A stretch of DNA of 64,000 nucleotides from Kudoa neothunni (taxonomy: Eukaryota; Animalia; Cnidaria): NCBI GenBank assembly GCA_964304625.1, contig OZ199839.1, forward strand, positions 3,338,724-3,402,723, in the 5' to 3' direction. The notes under the pieces were generated by a model, which had not been told where the DNA came from, did no database searches, and worked only from the letters and a program-made list of their open reading frames with translations. This document shows, piece by piece, positions 52,135 to 64,000 of the stretch; position 1 is the first letter of the stretch, and each line of letters starts with the position of its first letter. The position numbers and the translations under genes were made by a program.

Positions 52135-55100
52135 TCCAAATTAATAATTACAATCAAGGGCTTAGGGCTGATAATACCTATTATGTAACTTTTTTCAGAT
52201 CAATGATGTTGGAATTATTTTCGATTTAGTCACCATATGTATCGCTTCTTATCGCCATTTAAAAAGTTATGAGATTATTTTAACGATTGTAGCCAGCTGG
52301 CATGATTCATTAGTTAAATAAACAGTCATAAAGGTCTTTTTGATGGGTTATCGGCATTTTCTTTATCTTCGTTAACTTTAAAGATTTAAAAATTGACTTT
52401 GCGAGTATTAAATTAAATCAGTAGATTGCCAAAATGTGAAATTTGATCAATAATCGTCTAATAACGTGTTCTCATTTTTACAGAATATGATTACTTACTT
52501 TCGTACTTTCAAAAAATTGGTTCGAGTTTGATTCCACCGGTATAATCGACTTCATTCCTCTCTATTAGCAATAGGAAGATGGAAAATTTTAAAAATGTTT
52601 ATTTAGCTAGAATCAGATAGATTGGCCACCTCATGCCAAAATTATCTATCTAAACGGCGTGTAATTTCTAGATCAATTTTCTCCGTCAAGTTTAGTATAG
52701 TTAAGTATTTTGTGTCATCTTAAAAATTTTAAGTCGAAAAAATAGAAAATTAACTATGTATATATTTAAATAATCAGAAATTCGCCCAATTAGCGTTATG
52801 TTAAATCAAAGAGGGAGCCATGTGCTCAAAAAGTAGTTTTAGTAGTTACATCATCTTAATCTCATTTTCTACCAAACAATTATATTTTATTTATAAAAAA
52901 ACTTTTTTTCAGTATTTATAACAAGTGGATGAAAAATATTGTCTTTTGTGAATAGGAGAATTTTCAATTAAGAACAACATCATTATTTTTTCCGTGGATA
53001 ATACTTATTTCGGGAATTATTTTCTAATAAATATTGATTTTTTTACGTCGAAAATGTATATATTCTTCCTTAATAGTCATATTAAAAATGTCCTGTGAAT
53101 AGAAGTAATAATTTAATTTTTTCCTATTACCATAAAGAGTGAATAGGGTAATTTACTAATTTAAAATACAAGCTACTTAATAGTCTATCTGAATTGATAA
53201 ATAATCCTAAAATATGAGTAGAATGCTCCTTTTATTTAGTTATTCAATAAGTTCCCAAAAGAAGAAAATAACTTTATTCCCCGATCAACTCCTTTAATGA
53301 TTTATTCAGTTCATATTTGAGTAGCAACTGAAAATTCTAGCCCAAGCGTTGATTTAAAAGTCTGTAGGATATTTTTGACGATCAAAAAGTATTCCAAATT
53401 ATTTCCCATCCTGAAGAGGGTTTACATTGTCTTCGAATATCGCAGGGGATACAAAATATATAACATTGAATCAATTATATAATGTTTATTAAAAGCTTGA
53501 AATTTTTTGGAATATTAATTTTTACAATAACATATCATTTAAAAGATCATTAGCTATTACATTACTTAAAATTTCACAAGTTTTAAACAATTAAAGTTTC
53601 AGTCGTTTTCTGGATATTTGAGTAATTTATACTTTCAAGAAAATTCATAATAAAATCTAATGTATTCCTGTTGTTAAAATAATCGTAGTTAAATATTTAT
53701 TCCATTTTTTTGGTTTTAAGAAATGAGTTAATACAATAAAAACCGCTTTAAAACACTCCTAAAGCAGGTGGTAATATCTACGAGAAACCAATAACGAATT
53801 TAATATTTCCTTTTAAATATTAAAAATTCCATACTGAAGTATAATCTGGCTATCGCGTGGTTTTGATTTTAACATACAATGACTTATGTGCCGTGCGTAA
53901 TCAAACCAAAATTTAAAAAACTAGATTATATTTTGAACAATTAGCATAATTATTTAGTTTAATATTTTCAGAAATTTTTAATGCAAAATGATTTATAATT
54001 CAAAGATACACCAAAAATGTATTATACGAAATGTTAAATTCTTTTGTAAAGCCATAAGCCAATTGGTAGATCCAGGTATTGACCGCGAGGCATCATAAGG
54101 AATTCATCAACTATATTGAACGAAAGTTATTGAGAATCCTCTATTTTTTTGCTCTCACGAATTCACTCTTCCCTTTCATTTGTAGATATATATTCATATT
54201 TTCTCCCTTCGAAAGTTTTTCTTAATTTGGAACAGAACAATCTTCATAATGTTAAAACAACTAACGAATATGTTTTTACTGGTATTCAAGGTAGATCTCG
54301 CTTGTGCACCAAAGATCATTACTTCAAATTTAGCGATGGATTTACTGGCTACTTTTGGATAATATTTCATTAATTCAACTATTGGGTAGAGCTAAAAATT
54401 TTTTACCACCTGTTTACGCCCAAACCATAGTTTTTGTCGTTACGAAACCAAAATCATTACGCACGAGTTATGAAATGAATAAAAACCATAGATAATGTAA
54501 TTTTTCGAAAGTAAAATTGAAGTGACACGTTACTAATATTATCAAGTTTATATTGTATGAGTTAAATTTTATGGATATCGATTAATTCACGTTTTATTGC
54601 GATATTACGCACGACCCATAATTCACTGTACATTTCCTTATCTAGACGTTTGTGTAAATTATTCAATGATTTTAAAAATATTTTTATATATATTCTTAAA
54701 GAAAAACTTTTTGTCCAATCCTGTAATGTTTCGGCGCCATTCGATGTTTCTCTATTATGTGGCTTCTCCCCGGTCCCGTTAAACCGCGCGATAGCCAGGT
54801 CAAACTGTAATAATTTCCATACTCCACAATCAAAGGCTTTTATATTACATTATTAATTACAATGATCATTAATATTTGTTATATTAATTTAATCATCTAT
54901 TTATACAAAAAATATAAATTAATAAATAGTAATAAGAAAAAATTGCATAAACTATTTAATCACATGATCTTGGATTATATTTTATTTCGTTTTAATTCTC
55001 AATGAATTAAATTCCCAAAATATTAGAAAATTACGACTACTACTCATTTGATATTTATAAAGTATATGGCGCTTATAGAAAACCGTGTAACAATAGTTAC

Positions 55101-55223
55101 GTAAGAAATTAGTTAAATACTAAAGTCTTGTTTGAATAAAAAGTAAAATAATTAGCTCAAAAATAAACCAAATTTAAAAAATAATAAATTTTGTAAGCCT
55201 ATATCATTGAATTTGTTTGTACA

Positions 55224-56413
55224 TCACAACTTGATGATTATTCCAACATTTTCATTCATATCATAATGGAAATAATTATCAATAGGTTCAAGTCCATTTC
55301 CAAGTATCTAACACAATAAGGCTTTGTGAAGGATAACTAAACCTGTCTACGACAATACTTTGAATAGTTCTTGTGATACAATAGCACCCACAACAGATGC
55401 TACAGGGCCACTTATTGTATCAGTTTCTTTATTGTCAGCTGCTAAATGTGACATTACTAACAAAGACAATTCACAAAGATTGCACATGGATTATTTATTA
55501 TATTGGCGACTGCATCAGAGGGGAAGACTTTACTGAATTCGCTCTCAAATTCAATCATATTTGGATGAAACATTTCTGTAAGAATTCTCAATGTAAATCC
55601 ACATCACAAAATCAGGTCACTACTTAACATGTTCAAACATGATGGTGGATATTTTTTGGATGCAAATTTAAGGAAAAAGTTCTTGTCTTTTAGGTTTTTA
55701 GGAAAAATCAATTTGTCTCTAGTTCCATTGAACATAAATCCGTATGTATCAAATCCCATAGCCCACAAAAAAGGTTTCTCTAAGCGTGAGCACCATTTTT
55801 CAACAGTTTCCTATGTTGGGAATCAGACCGTACACACACTTTCATCAACCACCACATACACAAAACTGCAGATGAGTAGATGTACACACCACAACATCAT
55901 ATTTGAACAAGGCGGTTTTAATTCGTTCCTCACTAGCATCAAGTGAAACACGGTCGATTATCTCAATAGTAGCAAATGGATTGAGTATCTGAGAATTTTT
56001 TTTCATTGCTTCAGATCGCTATAGCGATGTGAAAATTAACTCCGTTAAAATAGACAGATGCTAATGGAAGATTTAGTTAAATCGAGTTTTTACTCGAAGA
56101 TTTCTGTCCTCAGCTGCAAACATCAATGGCTCGACACCATTGATATTATCGTCAATAATTTCATCATCCATAAGTGTAAGGTTTCTAACTCCACCCAGAA
56201 GTATATTTTTAGAAAATTCTTGGCCCAAAACTCGACATCCAATCAACAATATTGACACGTGAGCTAACCTATAAGTGGTCTACTTTGAGGATGACTAAAA
56301 AATTTCCATCACTTTTGTTGAAAATCATATCCCCATATTCGGATTTGTCTATCGTAGACATCCTGTTGTTCTTTGGAAAGTGTGTGGGTTGGATCGTTTG
56401 ATGTGGTTGACAT
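55224..56413 (-). CDS. SAE1: SUMO-activating enzyme subunit 1 (Aos1), multi-exon
   Basis: LSKEQQDVYDRQIRIWGYDFQ, ILLIGCRVLGQEFSKNILLGGVRNLTLMD, RSEAMKKNSQILNPF, PVASVVGAIVSQELFKVL and PIDNYFHYD. The short length fits SAE1 rather than UBA1 or NAE1. Confidence 0.88.
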
Positions 56414-57783
56414 TATGATTGCGCGCGATTCACGTCGAAAATTTATTTTTGATGATGTTTGAATGTGTGAATTTATTCGAATAAACCTCCATCAATATTT
56501 TTAGATAGAATATTTTTTAATCTAATAGATCGTAGACTTTAAAATGAGCAACCGTTGATTATATGCTTGAAAGCTTTGTTTATTATTTCTTTTAAAATTT
56601 TTATTAATACAATAGATAATGACTTTGCTGGAAGAAATGAGTGATGAATCAAAAAAAGGCATGATAGATAGTTTGATTATACCACCTGGAAAGGAGAGAT
56701 TAAAGATTGAAAACGCCTAGTAATAATAATTTTTAATGACTATCGTATTAAAAATACAAAAACTTTAATAAATATTGTCAGTTCTCTTTAATTATAATTT
56801 ATTCCATATAAAATTGGATACAAATGTAACTATAAAATAGAAGTTGTAAATTTTTTGACGTTTAATTCGAGAAAAGTTTATCAATTCTTATGTGGATGTC
56901 AAAAAAATTTATTGAGAAAGTATGTGTCACGGTAAAAAAAGGTTAGGAAACACTGCTTTAAGGGTTAATGAAGAGGGTTCTGTAGTGTGGGTGACATCAG
57001 TGAATTTCTTGATAGATTTCAATGGGAAGGAAATAAAATTTGATTTAAGGCATTGTTTTATATCCTCATAAATAATTTAAAATTGAAAATAACTTAGGTT
57101 AGTATTCTTTTGTTAATATTTTCATAAAGTTATTTTCTCTATTGTAATAAGCTCCCACCAACTCGAGACTATGAATTAATATCAAAGTTCAGTCTACATA
57201 TCAACCCAAATTATCGTAAAAATTATGAATCATATTTCTGTATGATTAAACGCATCAAATTTGTATATTTTGGGAAGCAATGCGGCGTTCTTTTCTAACT
57301 CCGCATACACATTTAAACGCCTGTATTAGAAAGTATGAACGTGTGTATAAGACAACATTTTCATTGATGGAGTTTCTAATCAAATAAATTCTGAGGTTTT
57401 TACGGAAGTTTTTACCTTAATAAAACTGAATATTTTTGTGTTCTAAACTAATATATTCCTACTGTGTGATTTCTAGGCATAAGAATATTTCAATTCAGTT
57501 AAAACTATTCCAACCTGAATATTATGATTCATGTTAATTTCCTCACATCTTCGCAACAAAAATTAGAAAACGGATTTATTGTTGACGGGAAATATATTTC
57601 TACTAAAATTACGCGAATAAAAAACAGTCTACTTTAACGAGATAACAAAAGTAAATACAATAGATAATAAATTAAATCATTCGACTTTTTCTTATCCTAT
57701 TTGGACAATAGTTAAGTCGAAAGGAGACTTTGAAATGCACGAAGATATACATTCATAATAATTTATAAATGAACTCGATGTTA

Positions 57784-59088
57784 CAGTGATGTATGGATGT
57801 AACGCAGAAACTAGAAGGATAGAAGCCATTGAACTACATCCATTTTTGCGATGGACACATTCGATTAGCGCACACGTTAAGACAAAAATAACAATTTCCC
57901 ATCGATAATATAATCAATAATAACTTAATTTGAAGAAAAAGTTAACTTTTATGCTTTTTCCTATTAAAATACCGTTCTATATTTTTTGTTCTGAACAAAA
58001 TGTTCAAATACTGAGTCAGCCATTTCATGTTCGGTTTATAAAGTCAAACATTGACAAATTTTTATTTAGAAAGAGTTTTCCAACTTTTGCCAATCATTAT
58101 AGTTCCTCTGGGTTTGATATAATAACTTTATCAATATAATCAGAGTCGTCATCATCCCTGTCAAAATCAGGAAAATATGATGTTGTCAAAATTCCCGGGG
58201 TGTCGACTGTATTGCTTTTAAGAGCTTCTTCAATAGGGTTTGTTAATTTTCGTGATTTCCCCTTTTCAAGCAGCTTAATTATGTCATATTTAAATTGATC
58301 ATCATCAGAATCAAAATTTTGTGGATTTTCAGAGGGGAAAAATGCTTTCCTAAAGCAGTTTTAACTATGGTTTCCTTTTTAATATATTCTCATAATTTGA
58401 CCGCCAAACGAATAACATCAAAGACATTACTTACAATGTAGCCATTATCTTGAAATTCAATCTGGGTGTATGAACGACGTCATTAGATTTCTTCTGTGCG
58501 TCCTTTTAAAACTTTAACAATTCAATGATCCAATAGCTGAAGCACATTGGTTGTGTTCGGAAAAAAGTAGCAGTGTTACGATAGACAAATATTGTTTGTG
58601 AGGGCTAAGAAATAATCGAGAAATAAATAAATTTTTTCTATTAAAAATAATGAGTTGTCTACTCTATTTTTCAAGCAAAGACAAAAATGAAACTGGACAT
58701 TTAGGGCTTTTTATTATCGTGCTATTTTATTGGCAAATTTGTCAATCGCTTGGAGTTCAACATCTTTATTATATGATATGAACTCGTAAAACTTTATGAT
58801 TTCGAGTTCGTTGATGGTGTAAGTGATTTGTTTCGCTAAAATTGACGCTCCACCCATTATTTATTGCAAAGTTCGGATTATGTGTTGCATTCGAGCCATT
58901 TTTGCGTTAGATCCATAAAGTGAGTTTTCAACTTTAACATTTTGTTGAAAACAAATTATTTATTGACTAATGGTCTATTTTTTTAATTAACATTCTGTTT
59001 AAATTTGAATTAAACCAAATAAGTGATAAACAAGTAAATTTTTAAAAATTCCGTTGGAGTCATTTTGCGTCCTACTCATACATTACTG
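57784..59088 (-). mobile_element. Decayed pogo/Tigger-like element
   Basis: TA|CAGTGATGTATG at the left and CATACATTACTG|TA at the right. The minus-strand fragment FFPNTTNVLQLLDH*IVKVLK matches the DDE_1 motif PPNTTS.LQPLD.GII. Confidence 0.75.
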
Positions 59089-61056
59089 TATATTTTTTGT
59101 GCACAGTATCAAATCTGAACGTCGCGCGTGCGCTAAGTGTGTAAATTCGTATTCGTAGTTTTTTGTATTAATTATAAATATAAAAGTTAAATGGGAAAAA
59201 TAGGCATGTGAACTAACCTTGAATGTAAAGTTTTAGTTTATATAATTTTTGAGAGCAAATTAAACTTACCCTGAATATACAGAGTCAAAATTATCTAAAA
59301 AACTTAATTTCGGCACTGTTAAGGCCCAATAATTACTTTCCTCTTAGTTTAATGAAAAACATTGTTAGTAAAATATTTAAGTATTCAACCCATTTTTAAT
59401 ATATTTGTTAGGTTGTTTATTTTTTACATTGGGAATAAAAATTTTATGTCTATTTGGTTCATTAAAATTTTAAATAGTAGATTTATGGGTGAATGAAAAA
59501 GAAAAAATTATCATCTTTGTTTTATAAACTAATATTTGGAAAACACTACATTGTAAACGTTATTTAATGTTTAGTAATACTCATTAAATGACTATTATTC
59601 ACTAGATTTCTTTCAGCTTCGATTGCATAGATTTGATAGATAACATAAAAAGCATTATTGGTCGTAAATTGTTTTCGCTGACTTAAGGTATGATTCTAGA
59701 ACCTCCATTAACTTTCTTCTAGATCCCTTGGAGGACCGGAAAACCATGTTTTGTCCCCTACAGCACGGTGCGCAAGAGGATTATTTAGGGTGCCGACGGG
59801 TATCTGCCGTACTTCACAAGAAATCACCTTGATTACAAATTAAATTTCCTAGAATTTTGCATTAGTAAACAAAATATTCGAATAAGTTATATAATGTTAA
59901 AAATTTCTTTAATCTAAACACGAGCTAGTTGATAAAACGATGTTTTGTGATGGATCAACTTTAAAAAATTATGGCTGTAATAATAGCCTAATTATAAAAT
60001 ACGATAAAATTAATTGCACTCAAATTAAAATAATTCAACAAATTGTAATAAAGGGAGAAAGCAATATAAACACAATTAGGTAAGAATATTAAGGATTACA
60101 GTTAGCGACGTGTCACAGGCCCCGTAGTTATAATCCTACAATAGAGCAGGGTTATTACGTAGCATGGATATTGTTCACTTTTAGAAATAATGTCGAAAAT
60201 TCAAAATATAAGAATTAACTACAAATATAAATCGTGAGATAAGAATAAAACATATCGATAAATATAATTATAGAATTAAGAAATAATTTTTTCGTTAGGA
60301 AAATAGGAATGCGTGCATATTGCTCACCTGAAATCTGTTGTTTGATTACATTAGCATGGTTAATACGCAGTAAGAAAATGGTGAAAATTATCGTTTACTT
60401 GAAGAAAACGTTTAGATTATTAAATAATTGGAAAAATTAGGAACCAAGAGTGTCTCTAAAGCGAACATCGTCAGGCGCTCCGACTTTTAATCAGTCATCA
60501 CATTGAATACAATTGTATCAGTAAAATAAAAAATATTTTCAGACTTTATTTCAAGTGATTTAATATTTTTTCGCAAAACTCATAAAAAAAATTCAAACTA
60601 CTCGATATGAGAATGAATGGATTGAACTTTTGAGAACGGGAAATATAAAGCTGTCCAGAGAGTACAATATAATAGGAAAATAAATTATCCAATGGCATAA
60701 AGAACTACACGAAAGACAACACTCCTATAACTGCCAGTCGAGGACAGTTCCATCAGTTTGCTTCGAGAGCTAGTCTAAAAATGAACAAATTAAGTACAAA
60801 ATCTAAAAGAAATAAAGAAACTATTCAAGATCCATTACACCGAAATGCTGGAACACATTACAAAGTTAAGTTTTTCCTTTTGAAAAATAAAATAAACTTC
60901 GTTTAAGACAAGAGAGATAACGAATTTCTCGTTGAAAAAATAATTCTGTCTTAAACTACCCTATTCATTTTCAAAATACTGTGAATAATAAAAAAATTAT
61001 TACGAACATTTTTCACATCTCTCTATAAAAGTTATTATTATTGCAACGAGACAATA

Positions 61057-62471
61057 TAGGGTTTCTCATTTATACTCGGCATTTTTGCATTCAATCTCAG
61101 CACGTCTGCAATTTAAATTAAGCGTATTCGCGTTTAGCCTTTAAATTTGTGTGAATGCGTAGAAATCATGAACCGGAGAAAAAAATATGTATTATATTTA
61201 TTCCAATAACCTCAATAAAATTATTATTCTAGAATAATTTCACCTCTAGAAGACCTGGTGACGTAACCCAACATTTTGCGATAGAAACCGTCACAATGTT
61301 GGGTTGTGATTTCTTGGAAACACTCTTTTATCGCACTCTTCAACTCGTTTTCATTTTGACATTGCCTGCGGATAACTAGATTTTTCCAAACAGAGAATAC
61401 ATTCTCTATTGGATTCAGAAATGGACTATACGGAGGTAAATATCTTATCGTTAATTTTTGTTGAAGGATTAATTCTTTTAGTCCCTTATAATGATGTATT
61501 TTCGCATTGTCCATAACGAAAACAGGATTATCAATACCACTTGATACACAGTTGGATGTTAGTTCCTGTAGACAAATTTTAAAATCCTCACCTGAAACTG
61601 CTCGCTCGTGTATCTTACTATATATGATGCCTTTTTTGTTGATTGCAACAATTACAGATATGTTTCTGCTTCTTGCTGCAGAAACAAAACAATATGCAGA
61701 AGTTCCTCTCAAAGGGCGACCTCTTTTAGGTCTTGTGACCACTGAAAATCCGACTTCGTCGAGAAATACAATACTTTCATGTGGTACATTGGTTTCTAAG
61801 TCTCTGAACATCTCAGCATATTCAATTCTCTTTTGAAGCGTCGTCTCACAATTTCTTCTCTCGGGGACCCTTACGAGGGATTTTAAAGTGTAATGAAATT
61901 TGCCGATAACTCTGTCTATCGTGCTTAGGGACACTGTTATTCCAAAATCGTCATTAACTTTTTGTTTAAGTTCTTTCAACGTAATTTGAGAGTTGTCGTC
62001 CACCCACCTGATAATATTTTCCTTCTGATCAGGAGAGAGGAGTGAAGGTCTTTTTCCGCCTCTAGATTTTGCATCTAGTGTTCCGGTTTTGCGAAACTTT
62101 GACAATATGGACCACACGGTGGATCTTGGTAGATGCATTTCGGAAGCAATGTAAGTATCACTTCTTCCACTTAAACGGAAATTAAACATTTGTTCTCTTA
62201 AGTCGGAAGAAATAGTTTTTCGCAGCTTTCTTTTTTCTTTGTGTGTTGGTATATTAGAAATTTCGATATCATCGGATATGGAGCTCTCAGATTCAACGAT
62301 ATGATCTCTGTTATTAGGGTTCATCTAGTGAATTCAATCTCTTAATAATGTAAAAATAATTTAACAAAAAAAAACTTTTTTCAACTAAAGCGAGATATTA
62401 AAAAATTTGAATACTACTGTTGAGGTGCTGAGATTAATTGCAAAAGTGCTGAGTATAAATGAGAAACCCTA
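61057..62471 (-). mobile_element. Full-length Tc1/IS630-like DD34E transposon
   Basis: 47-bp TIRs (TAGGGTTTCTCATTTATACTC...CTCAGCAC, first 21 bp identical, 4 mismatches overall), flanked by TA, with an intact transposase ORF. Confidence 0.95.
61224..62324 (-). CDS. IS630/Tc1-superfamily DD34E transposase, 366 aa
   Basis: Two HTH regions and the catalytic motifs FLDEVGF, VMDNAKIH and YLPPYSPFLNPIE, with 34 residues between the second D and the E. Confidence 0.95.
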   Translation of the reverse strand: MNPNNRDHIVESESSISDDIEISNIPTHKEKRKLRKTISSDLREQMFNFRLSGRSDTYIASEMHLPRSTVWSILSKFRKTGTLDAKSRGGKRPSLLSPDQKENIIRWVDDNSQITLKELKQKVNDDFGITVSLSTIDRVIGKFHYTLKSLVRVPERRNCETTLQKRIEYAEMFRDLETNVPHESIVFLDEVGFSVVTRPKRGRPLRGTSAYCFVSAARSRNISVIVAINKKGIIYSKIHERAVSGEDFKICLQELTSNCVSSGIDNPVFVMDNAKIHHYKGLKELILQQKLTIRYLPPYSPFLNPIENVFSVWKNLVIRRQCQNENELKSAIKECFQEITTQHCDGFYRKMLGYVTRSSRGEIILE

Positions 62472-63081
62472 TAAATAAAAAAAGCCAAAAAAGTAGTCGC
62501 GCCCCACCAAATTTTCACCTACATGCGCACGCGTTAAACATGAATATTAAATAATGCAGGGTTATTACGCACTTGAGTCTTTGTCCCAACAAAATGCGTA
62601 GTATCCCTGTACAACTGTAATAAGATTATGAGCTGATTCGTAGTAACATCACATTATATTACATTATAAAATCAAACGCAAAATAAATTATAAATAAATA
62701 TTGAAGAGAAATCACCACCATACTGAGTAAAACGACGTGTACGATGGAAAAATTTAGGTTCACACACATGAAAAGCTTAACTAAGTTAGTATCTATAAAT
62801 CAATTATTTTACATATAAATAAATTTTTTTTAATATAAAAATAAAATAATTTGATTACCGGGATATTTAGCTCTTTGTCTATACTTAAATTAATATTTCT
62901 CTTCCATTTTCATATTTACAGTAATTTTTGTTGACAAAATAATCATTCTTAAAATATTATGAGAAAATATTGGTTTTTGTATCTCTAATTGATTTATAGT
63001 ATTCATATTAAGCGCGAAACCACATGAAATTTCAAAATTGGCGTCACCACTATTGTCTATCGAAAAGAAATCTTTAATTAG

Positions 63082-63086
<5 letters not shown>

Positions 63087-63121
<35 letters not shown>
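63087..63121. repeat. (TA)n microsatellite
   Basis: About 17 TA units, directly visible. Confidence 0.95.
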
Positions 63122-63123
<2 letters not shown>

Positions 63124-64000
63124 TCCGATATCATATTATATATCAATAATAGAAAAATTATTACATTAATCTTACAAAAAATAAAAACAATTATAGAAAT
63201 TACACGCTAAGAGATTGTCCAACCTAGTGCGGCGAATATATGTCAACCAAAATGGAGTTATTTGTAATTTAATCACAAAATGTCATATTTACATCGTGAA
63301 AGATGATTATATAATTTGTTTTCTCACTAAATTAAAAAAACACATAAATTTATTTAAAACAATTTAACAAATTTTAAACGTTATGTCGAACCAACGGATT
63401 ATTTGATTTAAACAGTAAAATTTACGTAATAAATGCAAAATAATTATACCAAATTTGATATTAAACTATCTTATACGAATTTCTTAAAATGTTCAAGGAA
63501 TGACTAAGCGATCAACGCTTTATATTTGGACTTCAAAGAGAAATGGGTCATTTGGTATGTCGCATATACACCGTTCAGTACAAAAAGGGTTAATATTTTA
63601 AAACAAAGTTATTATTCAAAACAACATGTACTTGAGCCATAATGAGAAGTTAATAAAAACATATTTTCTTCTATTTTAAAAATTCACTAATATTTGTTCT
63701 CCTACCTTCTTTCTACGATGTACAGTCAATTAAACATCCACAATACATTAATGCAGGGGTTGTCAACCAGATGTAAATTTTAGATAACAGGGAGTAAATT
63801 AGGTAACTCCAAAATTGGATAGGGGAAATTAAAATCAATTAAGATGTTGGCAGAAATGTTTTAATTGTTCTTAGGAATAAATATTTAAAAACTATTTATA
63901 AAATTATTACCATCTCTCTCTCTTGTAAGTCGCGTTCTTTTGGAGATGTAGTCTAATAATAATTATATTAAAGCATTAAAAATTCGACATGGTAAATAAA

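Noticed and set aside
52241-52260. ATCGCTTCT resembling the U2 snRNA 5' end
   Set aside because: No GTGTAGTA branch-pairing sequence or U2 structure downstream.
54050-54470. Possible additional transposase remnant on the minus strand (NDFGF, SRSIPGST)
   Set aside because: Too degraded, and no TIR or TSD was found.
60600-60870. Possible Penelope/GIY-YIG fragment (KETIQDPLHRNAG)
   Set aside because: Only a few residues match, there are several stops, and no RT motifs are nearby.
60148-62570. Direct repeat CAGGGTTATTACG at 60148 and 62557
   Set aside because: It looks like a TE terminus, but no inverted partner or TSD was found. It is only 13 bp.
62599-62625. Resemblance to the 3' end of a cnidarian spliced leader
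   Set aside because: Not followed by a GT donor or an Sm site, so not an SL RNA gene.
1-64000. CRISPR arrays, rRNA, tRNA, non-standard genetic code, non-canonical introns
   Set aside because: None seen. TAA, TAG and TGA all terminate genes, and the introns I inspected are GT-AG.

Overview
AT-rich nuclear DNA from a compact eukaryote, not a prokaryote. The gene set, the short (~40-70 bp) GT-AG introns, the divergent proteins and the NRF1-like promoter motifs suggest a derived animal, possibly a myxozoan-like parasite; the taxon is an inference. I recognise ten housekeeping genes: HADHA (cut by the window edge), RBMX2, SHMT, NCAPD2, MCRS1, MRPL4, NDUFS1, NUS1, an intronless PABP and SAE1. There is also one unnamed cysteine-rich membrane protein. 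The space between genes and one long intron hold cut-and-paste DNA transposons of five groups (hAT, Mutator, piggyBac, pogo, Tc1/IS630), most with visible TIRs and TSDs. Only the DD34E element at 61-62.5 kb is intact. The most striking unexplained structure is a short GCGC-core motif 5-45 bp upstream of the ATG of nearly every housekeeping gene, in an NRF1-like and an E2F-like form, with orphan copies that may mark unannotated genes. Other points of interest are a fungal-type NxG C-terminus on NUS1, a degenerate FHA domain in MCRS1, a degenerate MLLE domain in PABP, and a small covarying hairpin present twice. Exon boundaries were read by eye and gene coordinates span ATG to stop, including introns.
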